Origin: Diplonema japonicum
Lineage: Eukaryota > Protista > Euglenozoa: Diplonemea
Assembly (NCBI GenBank): GCA_964019335.1
Contig: OZ025713.1
Span: forward strand, 310,001-374,000
DNA: 64,000 nt
Reading direction: 5' to 3'
Under the pieces are notes generated by a model. That model searched no databases and was not told the DNA's origin. It saw only the letters and a list, made by a program, of their open reading frames with translations. This document shows, one piece after another, positions 56,603-64,000 of the stretch (positions are counted from its first letter, which is position 1; each line of letters begins with the position of its first letter). A program made the position numbers and the translations under genes.

Positions 56603-59600
56603 CTACCCAAGCAGGTGAGGGGGAATCTTGGCATTTGGGAGTGTGGGTTGAGTATTGACAGGGGTAAGGACTTTCCGGGTAGGCATGGGTGGGGGCAAAT
56701 GAGTGCCAACATGCGTGTCGGGGTGGGGGCTAAGCATGGCAGGGCTCCCTGGGGACTTTGCAGCTCCTGGTTCAACACCCCAAACAGAAGCAGCGGCCTC
56801 CCGAAGGGACTGCAGTGTGGAGGTGAGGGAGAGAGTGCGGGTTTCATCTTCGGCAGTGATCGAAGGAAGCACCCCCGGCTTGAGGAACTTTGTGTGGTCC
56901 ATATCCTGCACGTTGTAGAACCGCACAAGGTGGTCCTCGAGCTCTTTGGGGTGACGGATGTTCAGACCGCAGACCTCGACCGCATGCGGGACCTGCAGGG
57001 GGTCGTACACACTGTAGAACAACACCAACCACCTCCACATCCACCTCAAGCGCTGTATTGCCAGAACCTCCACCATGTCTTGCGGCATCTCAACAGTGGT
57101 CATTTTGTGCAACGGGACATCCCTCACAAGGCTCCCCCCGTTGGTGAGCACCACACATGTCGTATCCTGCCGGCTTACAATCCAGCACCTCTTAAAATTC
57201 GCAACTACCGGATACCCAGCATCCCTCCCGTCTAGAAGCATCACGGGTGGTGACTTGCCTGCCAAAGGGTCATCGGGCAGTGCCCTTGCTGCATTGAAGG
57301 TGCCAACCACCGGGGAGCAGTCATCGTCGTCTTCAACGTCAGTGTGGCGGGGCGGGGTTGCTTGTTCCTCGGGACGGCCTTCAATGTTGAACCTGCAGAG
57401 CAGCCCCGACTCTTGTAGAAGTTCATTCTTGCAACTGAACAACGGCAGGCATCGCAAGCCATTGTTCACGCTGTCGGCTGGGAGGACAGACTCCGCTACT
57501 ATGTCGCCGTCATTTCCTTCGTCCCGCACGGTGACAACCAACACCGCAACCTCCGCCCTGCTCACACGGAACACGCCGTCTGACCCCTCTGTCCCCGCCC
57601 AGGAAGGGTTCAACCTATTTACCGGCACCGGCTGCGTCCGTATTCCATCACAACCCATGTCTTCCTCTGCTCCATGCACCTCTACAGTGACGTAAGGGCT
57701 TGCAATGCTGCCTGAGTCGTGGAGGGGTAGCCGCCATGCGCGCATAACGTCAATAGAAATAGTCAGCTGTCGATGTGCTGTGGGCTTCAGGAGGTACCCC
57801 GCATTGGAGTTGCACGCAAACCTCGCAAGGTACATACGGAGGTTCAGGTCGTTTGTAAGGAAGTTCATCGCAGCCATCTGCACACCCTTCACCCACGGTG
57901 CGGTGGGGTTGTAGTTGTTAGCTCCCGTGCGGAACTCAGAAGGATGGAGGCGAGTAAGCCGGGATTTCGTCATGCTTGGTGTCACGGTGTGAAGGTTGGT
58001 CTCTCCGACGGTGGCACAGGGTATATGCTGCGAGAGAGACTTTTTATCACCTGCGTCAGTGATAGCGGTGATATCTGTCAGGGCTTGACAGTTAGTTGGC
58101 TTTGTGCAGAGGAGGATTCTGTGCTTAAGTCCTTCAGGGGTGAGAGGTGGAGACGCACCGCCAAGCTCGGACAAGCGAAGCACCTTATTTTCAAACACGC
58201 TAAGCATTGCTTTGGGGAGATCTTCAGGGACTGTACGTGTGCCGATCTCCAAGGTGAGGACGACAGGGTACTCTGATGTGGTGAAGGCAGCTTCGTTGAT
58301 AGCGACGAGAGTCTCGCGAAGAAGCGCGTTGGGAGATGAGGCATCGCCTTGCGTGAGGAGAGTTCCATCGGGGGCGGCCCAGATCCCAATTCCGAGGGAC
58401 CGACACCCTGCGAGGAGAATGCTGCGGTACTGATCGGGAGTCAGGAACGCATTTTGAGATGTACAGATGTAGTAGTGGTGAAGGGGGTGTGACATGTCCT
58501 GTTGCACGTCGTGACACGCAGCAGCGTTCACTGCAGGCGACTTGACGAGCGTTGCGAAGTTCATGTAGTTGATGGTGTCCGGGATGTGTTGCTCGGCAGC
58601 TTCTCCAAACAGTTGCACCGCTGCAGGCTTCGCAATAGACGCCTGCCCGTTGCTGAGCGAGGCGAAGAGCTCGCGTACCTCACCTGCATCATACAAACCT
58701 TCATAAACAGCTTTATACTCCGGGAAGCTCACTCTGTTCCCATGCTGCGCAGCAAGTTGTCCAAAAGCGGCCTTCATATCCTCCACAGGTAGGTCCTGCG
58801 CAGCAGCTTCCTTCGGATCCACGGATTCCGTGCACCGCGGGTTCGCGGCAACCCATGTTTGCATCATCGACAACAAGCTGAGAAGGTTTGCCGGGGGTTC
58901 CTTCTCCGTTTCTTGAAGCTTTTTGACAGTGACTCTTGACGCGGTTTCCTTGCACAACGGCGACACCCTTCCCCCTGCCCTACCCAAGCCCTTCACAATT
59001 GCCTGCGTCTTCTTAGATGTGCCCATCAGCGCAACGCCAGTGCACAGAACAGCGCTGGTTACCCAGTGGATATGCCGGGGTGTTGGGCACTTGTAAAGGT
59101 ATTTCTTTGTTTTGCCTTCTTGGTACTTGAGGGCACCGTTGGCAGGGCGGTCGAGGAGAAGCACTGTGGAGCTGAAGGTAGCTGTCCATGAAGACTTGCG
59201 TGGTAGGAGAAGGGCATGCTTGCGCTGCCAGAGAACGAGGCGGAGGTCGGTGTCCGTTCCTGAGGGGGGCGTGAAGAAAAGGTAGAGTTCCCCTGAGTTT
59301 GTCAGGAGTCTGTAGAGCTCATGGGCAGTGTGGATGGGTGAAGGTGTTGCAAGATCTGTCGAAACACAGACCAACGGCATTCCCGCGCAAGCTTTTAGAT
59401 CAAGATTTGTAGTTGCCTCCTCCCCAAAATACAGCACTCCGTCCTCCCCTTCAACAAGCCCATGGAGGGCGTGCTCATCATGCTCTATTTTTACTCTTTG
59501 ACACCCTAAGATCTGGATTTCATCGCCGTCCAGCCCACACCAAAGACCCTCAAGCACTGTTTCATCGTTAGAATCTTCTTGTAAGATGCCCTTTAGTAAT

Positions 59601-59668
59601 ATTGCTGCTTGTCTTTCTATGCCTGCAGCATCCCAGCCTTCTGGTGTGCCTTTTACACACCCAAACAT
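56603..59668 (-). CDS. Phosphoinositide phospholipase C-like protein (EF-hand-like, X, Y, C2), probably inactive (1021 aa)
   Basis: QDMSHPLHHYYICTSQNAFL; AFTTSEYPVVLTLE; NYNPTAPWVKGVQMAAMNF; AGYLLKP; SPYVTVEVHG...LNPSW. Confidence 0.9.
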   Translation of the reverse strand: MFGCVKGTPEGWDAAGIERQAAILLKGILQEDSNDETVLEGLWCGLDGDEIQILGCQRVKIEHDEHALHGLVEGEDGVLYFGEEATTNLDLKACAGMPLVCVSTDLATPSPIHTAHELYRLLTNSGELYLFFTPPSGTDTDLRLVLWQRKHALLLPRKSSWTATFSSTVLLLDRPANGALKYQEGKTKKYLYKCPTPRHIHWVTSAVLCTGVALMGTSKKTQAIVKGLGRAGGRVSPLCKETASRVTVKKLQETEKEPPANLLSLLSMMQTWVAANPRCTESVDPKEAAAQDLPVEDMKAAFGQLAAQHGNRVSFPEYKAVYEGLYDAGEVRELFASLSNGQASIAKPAAVQLFGEAAEQHIPDTINYMNFATLVKSPAVNAAACHDVQQDMSHPLHHYYICTSQNAFLTPDQYRSILLAGCRSLGIGIWAAPDGTLLTQGDASSPNALLRETLVAINEAAFTTSEYPVVLTLEIGTRTVPEDLPKAMLSVFENKVLRLSELGGASPPLTPEGLKHRILLCTKPTNCQALTDITAITDAGDKKSLSQHIPCATVGETNLHTVTPSMTKSRLTRLHPSEFRTGANNYNPTAPWVKGVQMAAMNFLTNDLNLRMYLARFACNSNAGYLLKPTAHRQLTISIDVMRAWRLPLHDSGSIASPYVTVEVHGAEEDMGCDGIRTQPVPVNRLNPSWAGTEGSDGVFRVSRAEVAVLVVTVRDEGNDGDIVAESVLPADSVNNGLRCLPLFSCKNELLQESGLLCRFNIEGRPEEQATPPRHTDVEDDDDCSPVVGTFNAARALPDDPLAGKSPPVMLLDGRDAGYPVVANFKRCWIVSRQDTTCVVLTNGGSLVRDVPLHKMTTVEMPQDMVEVLAIQRLRWMWRWLVLFYSVYDPLQVPHAVEVCGLNIRHPKELEDHLVRFYNVQDMDHTKFLKPGVLPSITAEDETRTLSLTSTLQSLREAAASVWGVEPGAAKSPGSPAMLSPHPDTHVGTHLPPPMPTRKVLTPVNTQPTLPNAKIPPHLLG

Positions 59669-60478
59669 GGGAGGGGGTTGGGGGTCTTTGATGAAATGTG
59701 TAGTATTTGAAAAACGAGAGTTTGAAAAAGAAATTGAGAGAGAGAGAGAGTACTTTTTTTTTTTTTTTTTAAAATTCCACCTCCTCTTGGTCTAGCCAGA
59801 CCGACCCCACCCAGCTGGGCTGTGTGGAGCCAACGGAAGTGTGTTGAGACGTTCGTGCTTTCGTGTCGGCCTGTGTTATTGTTCTAGCACTACTAATAAT
59901 TTGCACCTACTAGTTTGGCATTGTTCTTTTTTTTTCTTTTTTCTTTTTTCTTCTTCCCAAAAAAAAAAAAAAAACAAGAAGAGAAGAGGGAGAAAGAATG
60001 ATAATAATAAATAAAGAGATAAAGGAGGTTCCTGTTTTTGGAACGTTCCCCTTGTCCCTACTTATCTACCCCTTTCTCCAAAAAATGGCCTTTCGTGCTC
60101 TCTCAGAGTGCAACACCTACTTAACGTAGCCAGTCTGCGCAGATGTTAGGTCAGGAGTAGCCAAAGAATCAGTTCTCCTCTAAGGGTTAAAATACGTAAA
60201 ATAAGAAAAACGAGAAAGAAAACAAAAAACAAAAATGAGAAAAAAAAACGAAAACAGCAAAACTAAAGATGCGGATGAAGGGGAAGAAGGCAGGGAGAGG
60301 TAATGGAAACAAAAGAATTTCTTTTTTTTTTTTTTTTTTGAATGGAGAATTGTCACAAACAAAATGAAATAGAGAGGGCAACACACAAACCCCTTGGACG
60401 CGGAAGGAAAAGAATAAATAATGCGACGTTGGAAGAAATCTGCAGTATGCGACAGATCGCTCAGCTTACTGCCTATGG

Positions 60479-62842
60479 TCATGGGCACTTCTTACATGTG
60501 TTTTGGCACCCTTCGGGCCAAACCCTGTAATCAAGGTGGACACAAGGAGGGGACCCCCCAGGGCACTTCATCAGAGGGTTATCCTGGATGTATATCTCGC
60601 CATACGTCCTATCACAGTACTCCGTGGGGACGGTGCCAGTGAAGTTGTTTCCGAAAGCCCACAGAAGACACGCCACTTCCCCTCCAAGAGTGGGGTCATA
60701 CAGCTGGTTGTTGCCACTGGCTGCAACAACATGACATTGCAGCTCACCCCACGAGTCAGGGATGTCCCCTGTCAACGCATTCCTGCTGAGCCCAAGGTAC
60801 CTCAAGTTCGGGAGCCCCGTCGACAGGCCCATGTCAACAGGAAGTGTCCCACGAAGGCGGTGCTCGTCGTCGTCCGTCTGCGGCTCAAGGTACAGGGTGT
60901 GAAGGTAGGGAAGCCCACGGAGAAGGTTTTGAGGAAGGACCCCCACCAAGAGGTTGCTCGACAGGTCAAGGAGCTGGATCGTGTCAGCCAGTGCCGTTCC
61001 CAGCGAGGGAGGGATGGGCCCAGTCAAGTTGTTTGAAGGAAGCTGGATAGCTGTCACCCCTACCTTCGTCCACAGCTTCTGCAGGGTGCGCTCCGTCACC
61101 TTCACACAGGTCACACCGTACCAAGGTGCACTCCCATCGCAGGGGTCCTTCCCGTTCATCCAGTTCGTGTTGTGCCTCCAGCCATGCCCGTTCGTCGAGG
61201 TGTACAGGTCCTGCAGAGCGGCCAACTGTGCGGCAGGGATCGACGCCCCAGGGTCGTTCTTCGCCTGCCATGCCTTTTGAAGCTTCGCAGCAGCGACAGA
61301 AGAAGCGTCGTTCTGGGGCTTCACAACAGCAGCCTCCGTGTGGGTGCAGTACTCACCGAAGTTGCAAGCTTTCGTCTTCGTGAGATCAACTGAATCCAAG
61401 ATAGCCCCTCCAAGGTTGGTGGACATGAAGTCCAATGAGAGCGTGTTCTGGTCCTGCACAGTGACGTGTGTGTAGCCGAACATGTAAGACCTCCATGCCG
61501 TCCAGGCATCAAAACCCCTTCCGAAGTTGTCTGTTTCCTCAGCACAGCCAGGGTGTCCGCTCACAATGTACACAGGTGCCTTGGCATCAGCATAAGGGCG
61601 GGAGGCATCAGGCCCTGCCATCAATGTTTTGTTGAACACAGGAAGGGTGCGCTCCTGGTTGTGCACGTGGCCAGCAAACACAATGTCAGCACCATACTTG
61701 TACATAAGGGGTTCGAACACATCATAAGCTGCGGTGTCAGCACCACCAGTGCTGTAAGAAGGCCTGTGGTAGTGAACAATGATCCAGGGCCTCTGCTCCC
61801 TCTCAGCGTTGGCTTGCTTCATGTCGGCCTCGAGCCAAGCAAGCATCTCAGCCTTCTTCTGGGGATAGGGGACGCCATATTCAAGGAATTCAGTGTTGAT
61901 CGCCACAATGTGGGCCCTCCCAGAGTTGAAGCTGTAGTACATGCTCTGTGTCTGCTCCCAGTTCGGCATCCCCCACTGCTGCCTGTAGCGCGTGTAGTCA
62001 CCTCCATCGTAGTCACCGTTCCCAGGGCACACCATCACAGGGACGGACCCATTGGCACTGGCACGGAACACGTCACGCATGAAAGCGTTCTCATTCTCAC
62101 CGTTGTCCCAGTACACGAAGTCTCCGTACATCACTACCGTGTCGACAGCCCCTGCCTCACACTCCTCCTGCAGCAAGGGAAGGATCTGGTTGTCTGTCCA
62201 ACCAATGTCCCCAAAGAAGACCATTCTGGGGACGAAGCTGAGGTCGTCCCTGGGAGTCACCGTGAAGAACGAAACCACCTGTGACTCCTCCGTCTCTTCC
62301 CATCCTGTGCTGTACTGGTACTTCGATCCGGGGGTGAGCCCAGTGAGGAGGGCACGGTAGTTCACGTAGGGGCCAGGGCCCTTGATGGTGTGCTGGGGGG
62401 CGACAGTTGCCCATTGAGAAGGGGAGCTACCAGCTAACCCGTACCTCACAACAGGAGAGGGAAGCTTCCCGGTGCTTGTCGGGACAGCCCACTGCACGAG
62501 GATGGCATCAGTGGTGTTCCCGTAGGCAACGTGCTGCTGCTGCGGGACGGGAGGGGCCCCTCCTGTGCAGTTCGAAGCACTCCTCTCTGTCGGCTCTCCG
62601 TAGTCGTAGGCGATGGCCCCAGCCGCAAATTGGCAGGCGTTCACACCATCCCCAGGGCTGTGCCAGCAGCACCCGTTCTGGTTCTTCGCTTCGCACGCAC
62701 TCTGGCACTCGGCGGCGGTGCAGTTGCTCAGAAGGTTCACGTACCCAGTAGGTTTGCAGGCACCCCCAGCAAGGAAAGGGCCGCAGACAGACGCCCCACT
62801 GCCCGTGGCCAACGCCAGGAGCAACACCACGTTGCGGAACAT
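60479..62842 (-). CDS. Secreted purple acid phosphatase with N-terminal Cys-rich module and C-terminal plant-type LRR domain (787 aa)
   Basis: Signal peptide; FN3-like PAP N-domain; GDIG, GDFVY, GNGD, HYHRP, GHVH motifs; LRR cap (WYGVTC) and LxxNxLTGxIP repeats. Confidence 0.92.
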   Translation of the reverse strand: MFRNVVLLLALATGSGASVCGPFLAGGACKPTGYVNLLSNCTAAECQSACEAKNQNGCCWHSPGDGVNACQFAAGAIAYDYGEPTERSASNCTGGAPPVPQQQHVAYGNTTDAILVQWAVPTSTGKLPSPVVRYGLAGSSPSQWATVAPQHTIKGPGPYVNYRALLTGLTPGSKYQYSTGWEETEESQVVSFFTVTPRDDLSFVPRMVFFGDIGWTDNQILPLLQEECEAGAVDTVVMYGDFVYWDNGENENAFMRDVFRASANGSVPVMVCPGNGDYDGGDYTRYRQQWGMPNWEQTQSMYYSFNSGRAHIVAINTEFLEYGVPYPQKKAEMLAWLEADMKQANAEREQRPWIIVHYHRPSYSTGGADTAAYDVFEPLMYKYGADIVFAGHVHNQERTLPVFNKTLMAGPDASRPYADAKAPVYIVSGHPGCAEETDNFGRGFDAWTAWRSYMFGYTHVTVQDQNTLSLDFMSTNLGGAILDSVDLTKTKACNFGEYCTHTEAAVVKPQNDASSVAAAKLQKAWQAKNDPGASIPAAQLAALQDLYTSTNGHGWRHNTNWMNGKDPCDGSAPWYGVTCVKVTERTLQKLWTKVGVTAIQLPSNNLTGPIPPSLGTALADTIQLLDLSSNLLVGVLPQNLLRGLPYLHTLYLEPQTDDDEHRLRGTLPVDMGLSTGLPNLRYLGLSRNALTGDIPDSWGELQCHVVAASGNNQLYDPTLGGEVACLLWAFGNNFTGTVPTEYCDRTYGEIYIQDNPLMKCPGGSPPCVHLDYRVWPEGCQNTCKKCP

Positions 62843-63227
62843 GTTTCCCCCCAAAGTGTCACTGCTGAGTTATTGAGGAAGAAAAAAGAAAGAATGAAGG
62901 AACGAAAGAACGAAAGGACGAAAGAAAGAAAGAAAAAAGGACAAGGTCAGTGTGCAGGAGTGCTCACTGTCAAAGAGGACGGAAGGAAAGAAAAAAAGAA
63001 TATGATTGACGCTGTGCTGTGGTCAATTTTCTTTTTCCTTCGCATTCTTCTATGTGTCTTGCCGCACCGGGCGGAAAGGGACACATCTGACCGTGTCGGC
63101 AAAAGGAAGTGCTTTCTGAAATTCCCTTTTCTCCTCAGACCTAAAAAGGGATAATTCCCCACCACACGATTCAGAGGTGTAGCTACATTGAGAAACGAGA
63201 CGCGAATAGTATTTTTAATTTCTTTAT

Positions 63228-63941
63228 CCCCTAAAGGCCCGGAGCCTATCTACGGTACCCTCCCATTTTCGTTGTTGCTTTAAATACTCAAAAAAAGGGC
63301 AGCATGCAACCATAGGAAGGTGCAAGGAAAGGGTAAACGGTACTAAAATTTTCAATTCCAGGTGCCAGATTCAGATGAGAACACTTAACTATGTGTGTAA
63401 GAGGGGGGTTGAGGGGGTACTTTTTATGTCCGATTTTGGGGGGTCTTCTTGTCGTGGGGGGTCCGTGGAGTTATGGCTGGGCTAAAAAGGGCAGCATTCA
63501 GCCCTATTTGGTGCCCTGAACTCTAGGATTGAGGTCAGTCTGGAGACTTTTTGGGGCTGTGGGATGAAAAAAGCAACTTGTGAGTTTTTTTTCCAGCTGG
63601 GGTAGCATGCAAGGGTAAAAAACACGTTTTGCATAAGGGACCTTAAACCCATTAACAGGACCAACCCAAGCCAAATTTTGTACTCTAGGATGGAAAGATT
63701 CAGATTCCGCTGTTTTTTTTGAATCGAAACGACCGTTCGTGGAAGAAACTATGAGCTCAAGTACCGCGTGTGCAAAAAAAAAAGATTAAAAACACCCTCC
63801 TCATTGGCCGCTTCACCTAGAGGTGTCCTGAGCCCACCTTTTCACGGAAATGATATGTTTTGGGCCTTTGGGAGTATTTCTCTTTAGCGAAAAAGCAAAT
63901 TTTGAAATAAGGACAAAAATGTCCGCACGGGCGTTTAGGGG
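63228..63941. mobile_element. piggyBac-family MITE with TTAT target-site duplication
   Basis: TTAT|CCCCTAAAGGCCCGGAGC ... GCACGGGCGTTTAGGGG|TTAT; left end 16/18 identical to the piggyBac end at 20204. Confidence 0.8.
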
Positions 63942-64000
63942 TTATTTATTTATTTATTTTTTTTTTCTCTTCCAGTGGGGAAGCAGAAAAAGGGGAACGC

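Overview
Eukaryotic nuclear DNA, most likely a euglenozoan and probably a diplonemid (inference). All 16 intact protein genes lie on the minus strand in one co-oriented, intron-poor cluster. Several have polypyrimidine+AG (trans-splice-like) sites upstream, spacers are homopolymer-rich, and there is a kinetoplastid-like LSU rRNA 3' fragment. The left third (2.2-24.4 kb) is a fast-evolving accessory region: tandem gene pairs fusing an N-terminal ubiquitin-like (UBL) domain to ankyrin, LRR or DUF4116 repeats (one copy also carries a ferritin-like diiron domain), mixed with MITEs, a Crypton-like hairpin element, a decayed piggyBac and a patchwork of gene fragments. The rest holds a secreted subtilisin-CUB-PLAT protease, a TE nest, a cNMP-gated-type channel, a DUF3754 protein, a ~5,425-aa GPI-anchored surface protein with Thr-rich 11-aa repeats, an apparently catalytically dead PI-PLC, a purple acid phosphatase-LRR fusion and a piggyBac MITE. 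The two most unusual signals are (i) GT-AG introns that are U-rich at the 5' end and carry poly(A) rather than a polypyrimidine tract before the acceptor, and (ii) the modular UBL + variable-solenoid gene system. All domain calls come from motif recognition by eye; no searches were run.
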